DNA of 57,409 nt, filler included, from Dugesia japonica (Eukaryota): assembly GCA_001938525.1 (NCBI GenBank). It is 5 parts of 5 records of this genome, joined end to end, with 100 filler letters (N's around TTAATTAATTAA, not from the genome) between each part and the next. Parts side by side here need not be neighbours in the genome. Positions count along the whole stretch, not along the records: positions 34,998 to 47,220 come from MQRL01617702.1; positions 47,321 to 57,409 come from MQRL01527421.1; 3 more parts are not named here. One strand, written 5' to 3'. A model generated the notes under the pieces. It made no database searches, was not told where the DNA came from, and saw only the letters and a list, made by a program, of their open reading frames with translations. Shown here piece after piece: positions 37,763 through 48,975 of this stretch. The position numbers were made by a program, and so were the translations under genes. The number at the start of each line of letters is the position of its first letter. Position 1 is the stretch's first letter.

Positions 37763-38874
37763 ATTCGTTTTGTATATTCTCAGACAAGTAATTTACTTGT
37801 TGGGATTTTAGGGTTTTGATGTTTAAGATTTGCGCTTTAATCTCACTATCATTTATCATTCTCGCAATCAATTAGCACTTCATTTCCACTTCTGTCAAGG
37901 GGTATACCTAAAATACTAATTGTGACCCCTCTCTGTCATGCCGTTTCTTTTTATTGTTTCGGTACCACTCAGTAAGATTACTATGTCATTATTTCAAAAC
38001 TAATTTACACACAGAAATACTTTCTCTTTACTGACCATACATGGTCAATTTATTAACAACTACTAAAAAGATAATAAAAATGATTTCACTAATGGCCATA
38101 CAAAGACGAAATTTAACTACAAAATAGCAACAATAAACATTTTCGGTATAATAACTCTACTATTCTAGCAGCATGTAAAGAAGTCCTAGCACGAATTTTA
38201 ATAATTAACCAATTAGCATTATATTCTCCGTGTGCTTGTCGTAGTTTAACTTCATGTGGTATTAACTTCATTGTATTTATTGATTATTGATATTATTGAT
38301 TTATTGATTTATCATTTAGAAATATAACAACTATTGTCCTAAAGAAAGTCGTTTTTAATATTTTAACTAAATGTTAATATCTCTTGAAGAAAACTCATCA
38401 AACTTTACTCATTATCCAAAGACGCATATATATATTATATTATATTATTATGTTTTATCAAAATCAACATCAATATTACATACAGAATATACTTTAAATA
38501 TTTATATTGGTTAAATATAATACTTAAACTTATATATATAAATATTTTTGATTTATTTAAAGTAAATCTTTAACTTACCATTAATATTAACATTTAATAT
38601 ACAAAATTGACTGTTTAAATAATCACTACTTTCTAACTTCCCTCTCCATTGAAATTAAAACTGGTTCTGACTTTGGTTTATCTGGAAAATTCAGTAAAAC
38701 TTGAACTGGAGTTAAGACTAAATAATCGTATACGACCTTCAATTCTTCCATATTTTCGTCATAAAATACATTTTCATTTAAACTGTTTATAAATCAAACT
38801 TTATATTTGGTTCCTTTACCATCATGGTGTTTAGTTAAACATTGAGCACACTGCGTTTAATAATAATTTGAAAA

Positions 38875-39810
38875 GCGAGACGAAAAAGTGGTTATCCAAC
38901 CAGTTAGCGTACAGTCTGAACAAGATAATGTTGAAAAGATTCCTAACAAGACCGTAAAAAACCTTTGGTATTGATGATTTATGGCAAATGGATTTGATGG
39001 AAATGATGCCTTATTTGAGAATTAATAAAGGATACAAGTATATTTTGACCTGTGTTGATGTATTTAGTAGATTTGCAAAAGTTGTACCGAAAAAATCAAA
39101 ATCTACTAATAAAATGGAAGCTGCAATCAAAACTATCTTTAAAGAGGGGCATCTAGATAATTTGCAAACTGATTTTGGAAAAGAATTCTTTAATTCAAAA
39201 TTCAAGAATATTATTAATCATATCAAAATAAACCATTATTCGGTGTTTTCACAATACAAAGCAGAATGCGTTAAAAGATTTTATCAAACATTGAGAGATG
39301 CATTGAAAAAGTACTTTGTACATACTGGTAAAAAAACCTGGATACATGTATTACCGAAAGTAATTGATTGTTATAATCATACAAGTCACAAGGAATTAAA
39401 TGAAGCAGGACCAGTTAATGTATTATTTATACATTCAATGAAATTATGGCTTTTGAGACAACAACCAAAAGTAATCAAGAAACTAAAATATAAAGTTGGT
39501 GATCATATTAAAATCTCAAAGATATAGCTTCACCATTCATCAAGAATTTCGATAGTAATTGAAGTGATTAAGTGTTTCAAATATTAAAAATCAATACAAA
39601 ACAGAATCGAATCATTTATGCAATTCAAGATCATGAAGAAAATATCATTGTTAGAAAATTCTATGAACAAGAATTACAAGTTATTCCACAACCAACAGTA
39701 TTTAGAATAGAAAAGATTATCAGATCAAAGGGAATTGGAAAGTATATACAATTATATGTAAAGTTTGCAAAGGCCAAGTTGGATATAGGCATCTCAAGTA
39801 ATAAATTATG
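38875..39810 (+). pseudogene. Polinton retroviral-like (RVE) integrase with chromodomain-like tail
   Basis: GIDDLWQMDLMEM, YKYILTCVDVFSRFA, LQTDFGKEF, YNHT, KYKVGDHIKISK, FYEQELQ, FRIEKII. Confidence 0.93.
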
Positions 39811-39825
39811 CAAAGATGAAGAAAA

Positions 39826-40826
39826 TTGAGCAAAACGAATAATTTCTATACACTATTACCGAGTAATAGTTGTCCATGTATTTATCCAGATAATAAAGCA
39901 AGTAGATTTATTGTTGGACCTGAAAATCTTATTTACTTGAATGAACAATGGGAAGTAGCCTTGATGGACTTTACCTTGATAAATTCTGCCTTTCAATTAT
40001 ATAACAAATCATACATCAAGTATATAACAGGTGATGATTATGANAGGAATGTATAAATCATAATCAATAACAAAGAAAAATCATTGATGGTTCATGATGT
40101 TGGTTTTGAGGTGATTGATGAAAGATTATTGTCAATCATATTAAAACATCATGATTATGTTGTCATATTTTACAATTTAAAAGATCCCAAAAGATTTGGA
40201 TTTAATCCTTTAAGGACTAATATAGAATCGAATTCTACCATACTTTAAAAATGATCATTCAATTGATGTTGTGAAAATAAAATTAGTGTTTTCAATAGAA
40301 ACTAATAGATTCATATCTTTACAAAACGAATATTAAATATCTAATTTGGATCAATTTAGTCGTTTCATCATAAAATGTGTAAGTCTGTTTTCAAAACACT
40401 TTCTACAAAAAATGATGAACCATTCCGATTTTCGTTGTTAGAAAATGTTAAAAGTGTTACGTTCGACAATTTCTTGGCAAAATCATTGGGATTAGACAGA
40501 TAAACATATACTCATGATTATAGAAATATAGTCCATACTGAATACATGGTGTTAAATATTCAAAATTAATCACTAATCCTATTCAAATTTTCCTCCATAG
40601 TAATATTGTTGAACCTATAATTGTTGGTGATCTTAATGTTTCTTTATTGAAATCTGTATGGTTGGAGATGAAGATAATAATCAAGAATCCAATGTATTTA
40701 TCAGTTGCCACTTCATGTATAAACAATATAGAAATCAATATACGAAGTGATAGTGGAGAGTTAGTCGACTTTGCTAAAGACTCAAAATCTCATTTAACTT
40801 GACATTTTCGAAAAGTAAATGTCTAA
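39826..40826 (+). pseudogene. Polinton penton (PX)
   Basis: FYTLLPSNSCPCIYPDNKAS...WEVALMDF; SNIVEPIIVGDLNVSLL; INNIEINIRSDSG...HLT.HFRKV. Confidence 0.85.
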
Positions 40827-41100
40827 TCCTGACTTTAAACTTTAAACTTTATAGTACTAGGCAAGCTGGTGGAGAATTGCCATACTTTGTAGGAAAACAG
40901 TTTGGATCTGGATGGTTGCAAACAATTGGTTGATTTGCTTTGCCTATTCTTAGACATATTGTAGTTATTGGAATGAAAACAGCACATGATGTAATAAACA
41001 ATAAAGCAAATATTTTACCTTCTTTCAAAACAAATGCTGTGATTGGATTCTTAGATTTTGTGGTTTCTTCAGAAGTAACGAATAATAATAATAAACCATG
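40819..41100 (+). pseudogene. Polinton PW/core protein remnant
   Basis: YSTRQAGGELPYFVGKQFGSGWLQTIG*FALPILRH, close to 18400-18600. Confidence 0.7.
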
Positions 41101-41568
41101 AAAAGAAAAACCCCCGATAATATCAATAATTATATTTCGATAACAACTATATTTATTTATTCTTTTTCATATTGTATAATCTTTTGTTGTAAATTCCTTT
41201 ACTTCAGTTAATATCTTTGCAAGGTATTCATTAATCATCTGTAGAGGATTCTTAAAATTAGAAAAATGAAAATGAATAATAATAAATAAATACCATTATT
41301 TCTTGTTTTCTGTAATAACAAAAATAAGATGTATTATATAAAATGAAACTATGTCATTACAATACCATTGTATCATTTAAATTTTTTAACATTTCATTTA
41401 TTTTTTTACCTTTGATTACATGTTTCTAACCTTGTATAATAATTTGATTAAAATTCTATATTTCGTAATAATTTAATTAGAATTATTAATTTCATAATAA
41501 TATCTTTATTTTAAATCATAAATATGATTATTTTGATAATATTTTCTTTATAAATATATTTTATTTAG

Positions 41569-42445
41569 CAAATATGCGTTCAATATAAAAATTATTGCGC
41601 AAATTATGCCCACAAATTAGAATGCCAAATAATTATGGAAATACATTATGGTGAGAAATTCTCTGTTACAAAGTACTACATCTGTCCTAATTGTAAAACA
41701 TTAAGTGTAGGTACATATGAAAGTTTTTATAAGGAGCTTGTCGACCACATTAAGCAATTTGGTATGATTAAAAAAACGAGTATTAGTAAGAGACATCCTT
41801 TCCAATACCTAAAACTAAGAGACCTAGACAATAGTCATTATTAATTGATGAACCATTAGTAATTAATGAACCAGTAGTTGATTTTGTAGGAAATGTTGAA
41901 AATAAGGCTATAGTTGAAATTGACAAAGAAGAAGATAAAGTTTTTAAGAATTATTTGGATGATGGAATTATGACGGAATTGATGACGATGACAAAATTTT
42001 CCAAAAATACTTTGAAGAAAGGAAGAGTTTTTAGGATGAGTACAAGTTGGTGGATCATTAGATGAACCCACTATTGAAACGGATTTATATAGGTGTCATC
42101 AGATTCTTAAGCTTAATGTATCGAGTTATAACATTAGTGAAATAAGTTTATCAGATGTGCTCAAACACAAATTAAATAAAGTTATTAAAGAATTGGAACA
42201 TGTAAAGATTCAAATTGGAATCCATTTCGAGTTTATAAGCAATGAGGAGATTAAGCCAGAATTTCAAATTCTGCTGTTCCCTTTAGTGAACAATTCTTTG
42301 AAAAAGAAATAAAAACTTTACATGAAAAAATAGTCATAAGAAAGGAAATGGGGTCTAGTTGGAAACTTAGTCGTATTCGTGAAATAAATTTTAAGGTGAC
42401 AAAAATAAGTAACATAAGTAGATTATCAGAGAGCAGTTTATCAAA
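41569..42445 (+). pseudogene. Polinton protein-primed PolB, N-terminal region only (Cys cluster, QVGG, GSxW motif)
   Basis: YICPNCK; QVGG (adenain-type cleavage site); VKIQIGIHFEF; EMGSSWKLSRIREINFKV...SSFIK, typical of the pre-exonuclease part of Polinton pPolB. Confidence 0.65.
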
Positions 42446-43527
42446 TGTCAGGAGCTAATACAAAGGTGAAAAACGTATATGAGTCATAAAATTCCTTCAA
42501 TGTAATACCATTGTTTCGATCTACATTTAACAGATCCATATTACGAATAATCAATTAAACATATTCCTCAGTAAAGCCAGTATCAAATTCAGTATTATAT
42601 GTTTCTCGATAATCAACATTTCTCGCCAAGCATATCGACTTTACACCGAAATTTTAAAATGTCGAACAAAATGAACCATTATCACAACTTGCTTGTTTTG
42701 ATGATTGGAAAGCAATCAAAACAAATTTCCTTAATCGTTAATCAGAAAAAAGATTCTTTATATTCTCCATGCGAGTTTTTCAGAATTTTAAAATGCACGA
42801 TTTTTATTTTCTGGAAAGTGTAAATGGCATTTTGATGTTCCAATCCGTAACGATGTACAATCATAACCGACTGATCAACACGAACACGTAGCACTACTAA
42901 TTTAGCTTCTATAATGTATGGTTGTGGATTCATCTCAACTGTTTCTGCAGCGTCTTTAGTATATTTGTAAATTACCGAACCAACTTTTCTCTTCAATTTA
43001 ATTGTCACATTGACCCCTGGCAACAAATATTTTGGTTGGTCAAAGAAATCCAAAAGAAGTGCACCACAGAGCGTTAGCTTTGTAGACGCTTTAATCCAAC
43101 ACTTCCTCTTGACATCTTCCTTATGATAACCAATAGCTTCAAGAAAAATGTTTTTTTATCCGATCCAAAATTCAATGCGGCTTCAAATACCGCCTTTTGC
43201 ATATACGTATCATTTGTATCTTCTACCTTTACATTATTTAGTGTTGATGATGCTTCTTTGTATAGAGTGTGTAGCAAGTAATTTGAAATAATCATGTTGG
43301 TAGCATCAGTTGATGCAAAATTTGTTCCATCATGCTTTACCGTTTTCATTTTAATAATGAGCAACGTATCATTCAAATCCGAGTAATCATTATCTGAACC
43401 AATAATATTGAATTCAATTTGTTGTCCAGCATACTCAATTATAGAATCTTTTCGGTAGATTCCTTCAAACAACAACCTGTGGAATATTATGGTCAAAAAG
43501 CGATTATTCAGTTTTTCCGGCATACAT
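42445..43527 (-). pseudogene. Polinton major capsid protein, 3'-truncated
   Basis: MYAGKTE*SLFD; IEFNIIGSDNDYSDLNDT; DFFDQPKYLLPGVNV; LRVRV; YTFFTFVLAPD. Confidence 0.9.
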
Positions 43528-43529
43528 GC

Positions 43530-43877
43530 TTATTTTGCAAAGATGGTCCCATCTAATCGTCGTCTTTTGTTTATATTCGATGTTATTTTATTTTTCCGTT
43601 TACGTATTCAACTGCCATGCTGTTCACATCCGACAACATATTCATTGCTTGGTTAATGACTACTTCTTGCTTAAAAAATCATCAACAGTTTTTAGTGCTG
43701 CTTTCCCACCGACTTTGCAATTGGAAGTTCATATTTCTGCAAAATTGAAATTGCAAATCGTCCAATTCTATGCAGCTAATTTCCGCCACCTTGATGTTGT
43801 TGACTATCGATAATATATGACAAGTCTCAACCCATTTGTGGACGACTATACATTGTAATAATAGCTTGATCAACCAT
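43530..43877 (-). pseudogene. Polinton PW/core protein
   Basis: MVDQAIITMYSRPQMG...QHQGGGN*LHRIGRFAISIL...AKSVGKAALK with a basic tail ending GTIFAK*. Confidence 0.7.
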
Positions 43878-43909
43878 TTCAATAATAAATTACATGGTAA
43901 TCAAATTGT

Positions 43910-45249
43910 TTATACTAGTCGAAAATGTAGAGTTAAACTTGTTTCTTATCCATATGGAAAATCAATCAATCTTTCCGTATCATTACGTATGTTTACTTCA
44001 ATTTTGTTGATTGAAGATGATGATACAAGTAAATACATTGGATTTTAAAGTTTTACATGAACAACATCACTAAATGAATGCTTGTTACTGTCAACCCATA
44101 TACTCCTCAAAAGTGGCACGCATACATCACCAACAAGAAATGGATCGACTATCAATGAGTAAATATATAGTTGTCTGATACCACCATGTAATAATGGTTT
44201 ATGCNNNNNNNNNNNNNNNNNNNNNNNNNNNNNNNNNNNNNNNNNNNNNNNNNNNNNNNNNNNNNNNNNNNNNNNNNNNNNNNNNNNNNNNNNNNNNNNN
44301 NNNNNNNNNNNNNNNNNNNNNNNNNNNNNNNNNNNNNNNNNNNNNNNNNNNNNNNNNNNNNNNNNNNNNNNNNNNNNNNNNNNNNNNNNNNNNNNNNNNN
44401 NNNNNNNNNNNNNNNNNNNNNNNNNNNNNNNNNNNNNNTGATTTCAGTAAATTTTAATTTAACATCAGTTTTGGCAATATTATTCAGCATTTTATTATCT
44501 GATTCGATAAATGAATCCATCGGTTTGTTTTTCGTCTTTTGTGAATTAAACCCCAGTAACCGAGCATCAAACAATTAATTAAACTACAATTCCATATCGC
44601 AATCAGATTTAATAATTATTTTCTTTTCAGCAATAATACTGATTTTGCAATTAGTTTTATTTTTCAATCCAGAAACAACAGGTTTTCCATTTTTTATCTC
44701 AACATTTACATTTTCTTCAATTTCCTTTCCTCTAGCCTTTCCTTCCTCAATAGTATAAAACTTTAATTTTAAAGATATTGATGAAATATTTTCCAGAATC
44801 AACTGTTCATCAGATTCAATAACTGAAACTAATGGCTTATTATTTTTGGTATTGATTAAATTGAAACCAAAATTCTTTGCCTCTGATAACGATTTAAACT
44901 CTATTTCTACTTGACAATCTGTTTTTATTATTACTTTCTTTTCATCGGAAAATATATACTGATTATATTTATTCATAGGAACGGTATTATGAAGTTGAAG
45001 ACTACCATTTACAATACTTAATTGAAATTTATATTCAATTTCAATCACTTCCCTTATTTTATATTCAATTTTTGAACCTTTCCGTATAGTCTGTGGACAT
45101 TAATTGAAAACAAATTCTGTCGTGGCAACTTCCCAATGGTCATCTTTTAAATTGATGGCATTCTCATAGTCAACCAAATACTTGCTCGCATTATTATCAG
45201 GTCGAGTTCTTGGACAACTATTGCTTGGCAAAACCATATAGAAACTCAT
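43910..45249 (-). pseudogene. Polinton penton with an enlarged, internally duplicated insert
   Basis: MSFYMVLPSNSCPRTRPDNNAS...WEVATTEF; IVDPFLVGDVCVPLLRSIW; INKIEVNIRNDT...TLHFRLV*. Confidence 0.88.
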
Positions 45250-45269
45250 TATTGGATTTGAGATGTTTG

Positions 45270-45845
45270 AATTCACGTAGGCTTTGAATAGCCATGCGCT
45301 CAACTAGATATTGTTTATGTTGGCCTTGACCTTTGGTTTTAAGAATTGATTTGATTCGATGTATACTTGGTTTTTCCGGCGACACTTGCAATTCCTCCTC
45401 ATAAAATTTGCCTTGAATAATATTACCATCTTCATCACGTATTACATACCTGACTGGGGTTTGTCTCGTATTTATTTCTGAGATTTTAAAGACTTCATCA
45501 CTCCAATTATTATCAAAGTTTTAAATGAATGGCGTAGTAATAATTCGAGAAATCCGTACATGTTGTCCAATTTTATATTTTGGTTTTGGTTTTTTATTGA
45601 TGAAATAAAGTGTATCATCATCATAATCTGTAACATCTTCAGGTTTTTGTCCTCCAATACCTCTGTGCTCAGAATGGTTGTATGCATAAATCATTTTTGG
45701 TAAAATATGTATCCATTTTTGTTACCTTGTTTGGTAAAAAACTGGTTTAAACGTGTGCGTAGTGTTCGATTAAATCGCTCAACTAGAGCAGCCTTGAAAT
45801 GAGAAAATAATGAATAATGTAGTATACCATATTGTTTCAAATTGC
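45270..45845 (-). pseudogene. Polinton integrase, C-terminal half
   Basis: HYSLFSHFKAALVERFNRTL; GNKKWIHILP; PFIKNFDNNWSDEVF; IQGKFYEEELQ. Confidence 0.88.
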
Positions 45846-45849
45846 CTTA

Positions 45850-45935
45850 AAGTATGGAATACTTAGTGAAAATCGGCTCAAATTACCACCACCACCACCC
45901 TTTTGTTTTATGACAACTTTTTTAAATCGATTCAT
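45850..45935 (-). pseudogene. Remnant of a Polinton QxGG-motif (PZ-type) protein
   Basis: MNRFKKVVIKQKGGGGNL between ATPase and integrase; an internal deletion follows. Confidence 0.4.
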
Positions 45936-45965
45936 TTCTTTTTTTTTATTAAGTACTAATTTTGT

Positions 45966-46590
45966 TTATACCAATGGTTTGTAAACTTTTATTTCTTCCG
46001 AATTGAATTTATCGGTTTTTACTCGTTCATCATCAGGACATTGTTGGGTAAAATCAATAAATATCCATGGGGTTTGTAGTAACATCTCGAAATGCATCTG
46101 ATAAAAATCCTTTATGTTGAGGAAATGCTTGACGAGAAATATAATCAACCACAGTTTGATCTCGTGAAATTTTGATTAAAACCGAATAATGTACATTTAG
46201 ATTACGTGTACGATGTATGCCACCATGATGGAAAAGATTTTGGGTGATGAAGATGACAGTTACATTACCATGACGAGCGGTTTTTGTAAAGAGATTATTA
46301 AAATCAGCCAGCTTAATTGCCTCTTGAAACAAGTCATCGATTACAATAACATCATCACTATTTAATCGCTTTAACCAATCATCATCAAATCCATCAATTA
46401 TCGTAAACTTTCTCAACTTGCAAAATTTACCATTAGTCAAGCCGGCTTCACCTCCACAACATTGATGCCAGTAAATATGTTTGAACTTTGTCCGAAACAA
46501 TTTGCTTTGTAGTAATTTGCAAACAAATAATGTTTGGCCGCTTCCACTGGGACCGAATATTTGAAAAACAGCGTTGTTTTGTAGCAACAT
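45966..46590 (-). pseudogene. Polinton A32/FtsK-like packaging ATPase
   Basis: Walker A GPSGSGQT (K>Q), Walker B VIVIDDL, RHGNVTVIFITQNLF, DFTQQCPDD; one frameshift. Confidence 0.93.
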
Positions 46591-46630
46591 TTTAACGAAA
46601 CCATAGAAAGAATTTTGTTTATACAAAAGG

Positions 46631-46666
46631 AGTATATAAGCTCATGATTATTGCTCATTCGTCATT
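46631..46666 (+). promoter_or_regulatory. TATA + Inr core promoter of the TBP-like gene
   Basis: AGTATATAAGC with TATA at 46633 and TCATT with its A at 46664 (31 nt), the same as at 12644-12680. Confidence 0.6.
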
Positions 46667-46671
46667 AAACA

Positions 46672-47088
46672 ATATTATCAAATATTAATTACGGGGCTCA
46701 TGTTATTGATTATGAATCTCATAGTCTCCAATTTAATACCTGGAAGAAACCCAGACAGTGTGTAACGAAAATTAAAGATTATTCACTAATCATTTTTGAA
46801 TCGGGAAAATGTCGAATCATCGGATGCAAAAAACCAATCATGGATAAATCACTTGCAAAAATCTCAATATCCAAATAGATGGTATTCAATCAATTACTGT
46901 AACATGCGATCTTGGACAATAAGTGAATTTATATAAACTGAGCAATTTATTAGATTGTTGGTTTGAACCGGAATTATTTCCAGCATTAAGAATCAACAAA
47001 TACAAGCCATTGTGTCAATGTTTTTGCAAGTGGGAAAGTGGTGATTCTCGGATTAAAGACATTGAATTACAAAATCGATCTTTTGTAA
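46672..47088 (+). pseudogene. TATA-binding-protein (TBP)-like gene carried by the Polinton; three frameshifts and one stop
   Basis: Reconstructed sequence: (M)LSNINYGAHVIDYESHSLQFNTWKKPRQCVTKIKD/SLIIFESGKCRIIGCKKPIMDKSLAK/NLNIQIDGIQSITVTCDLGQ*VNLYKLSNLLDCWFEPELFPALRINKYKPLC/VNVFASGKVVILGLKTLN. Both TBP repeat signatures (LIFxSGK..G.K and YEPELFPGL...FxSGKVV.G.K) are present. Confidence 0.85.
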
Positions 47089-47220
47089 TCAATACACATA
47101 CGTCAAATTTAGATGGTGTGTATTGGATTGCTATTCATGTCGAATCAAATATTATTCGTATATTTGATCCAATGGGTATGTTTTATCCGCCATTGTTAGT
47201 ATCAAAATTGGAGCATATGC
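47066..47220 (+). pseudogene. Adenain-like cysteine protease, partial (runs off the contig end)
   Basis: FVINTHTSNLDGVYWIAI...IRIFDPMG (INT...GxHW...FDxxG pattern; catalytic His replaced by Tyr). Confidence 0.8.
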
Positions 47221-47320
47221 NNNNNNNNNNNNNNNNNNNNNNNNNNNNNNNNNNNNNNNNNNNNTTAATTAATTAANNNNNNNNNNNNNNNNNNNNNNNN
47301 NNNNNNNNNNNNNNNNNNNN
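47221..47320. other. Artificial contig linker
   Basis: 44N-TTAATTAATTAA-44N. Confidence 0.95.
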
Positions 47321-48237
47321 GCTTTATTGAAAATTTTATTTAATTAATATTTTGTTACTGTGCAAACATACAAATACTTTTATTTATCATAAAATGTTTG
47401 ATATTTTATATGAATTCCAAAAATAATAACAAGTTTAAATCAAATCATTTGGAAAAAAATAGTTAAACGTAATGTGAACCTTTAGATTTTTGCTCGTTTC
47501 ACTGAAAGATTCTAAGAAATACAATTAAATTTATTAAGTAAATCTTGGTGTAAATATTGGAGCTTATTAAAATTAAATTTGTGAATCAGAATTTTTTTTC
47601 TTCTAGAATTGCTTCAGTTTCTAATTTTAATTCATATTTTTTTCAAAGTTAATTTTATTCTGTTTTTTAATTTTATCAAAATATTTTTTGATAATCTTTG
47701 CCACAATAGTAATTAAATAATTATAAAATTAAAATTACAAATACTTGATTAAAAAAAATAATAAATGAAAGTAAATTAAGGCAACAACTTTTGTAATGAA
47801 ATATTAAAAACGAAATAAAATATTTTTGATGATTTATTTTTAAGCCACTGAAACCAGATTTATGTACTTTGAAATAAATAAATTTTTTTCTAGAAACCAA
47901 CTGTAAATTTCGTAATATTTACTTCATATTTCAAAATAGTTTTTTTCATCAATAATTTTTCCATTTTTAAAGATATTAATTGATTAAATTGAGAACTTTA
48001 CAATTTTCCATAAGTTTTATTTATTACCACAAGTTTTTTATTAAAGTTAAAAAGATGCAAGAATAATCCATCATATTTGAATAAATAATCGATATCAGAG
48101 AATTTAAAATTTTATATTAAAAAATATCGATTTTCAAAAAAATACATATACGATAATTTTTTTAGTAATCTTTCAAATAGTTTTATAATTCTTCAAAATA
48201 ATTTTCCAATTAATTTTTACTATTTTTAAAAAAGTCC

Positions 48238-48270
48238 ATTCCTGACGAAGACAAAGTCGAAATATAGATT
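48238..48270 (+). ncRNA. Minimal hammerhead motif, second family
   Basis: ttc-CTGACGA-a-GAC-aaa-GTC-GAAA-TAT-A-ga; stem II co-varies relative to the 7.6-8.2 kb copies. Confidence 0.55.
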
Positions 48271-48870
48271 TATTATCAAAATCCAAAAAACAAATTTTGA
48301 TCGAAGGTTTTATTTGAAATGAATTCTGAAAAACGATCAATGGTTATAATAATTGCAATTCATATATATTAATATATGAAAAATTATTCAGAAATATATT
48401 AAAAATTAGTCATTGCAAATTTTACAAATGAATTAAAATTATTTATTTTACATAACTAATTAAATTATGTGTTACACCAGAAAAAAAATTAATTCAGATT
48501 TATGATTAGGATTTTAAAATAAATTTAATTTAATTACTTTCTATTGATTAAAATTTTCAGTATGGTTTTAATTAAAAAGTCTCCCGTTAATAACACTAGC
48601 TATGAAGTTAATCATTAAATATAATTAATTTAAGTTTTTCAGTGACAGTTCAATGCTTCATAAAATTAAAAAATAAAGGAAAAAAAATTAAATTATACTT
48701 ACGAATTTTAATGAAATATAACAAATTTCAGATCAATCACAAATAATTATAAAAAAAAGATAAATAAATAATTCAAAAATAAATGTCTTTTCCTATTAAT
48801 TATACATCAACCCTGCAAACTTATTTCTGTAAATTTCTTGTTAAATCAATTGTATTCCAATGGCTTTGGG

Positions 48871-48923
<53 letters not shown>

Positions 48924-48975
48924 GATAATGATAATAATAATAGTAATCATTATTACTATTTTTGATAATAATAAT
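48871..48975. repeat. (AAT)n microsatellite
   Basis: Directly visible. Confidence 0.95.

Noticed and set aside
46923-47276. ORF-track 117-aa protein read as a genuine TBP-protease fusion
   Set aside because: The join arises from a frameshift inside TBP repeat 2; the conserved VFASGKVV motif is in another frame.
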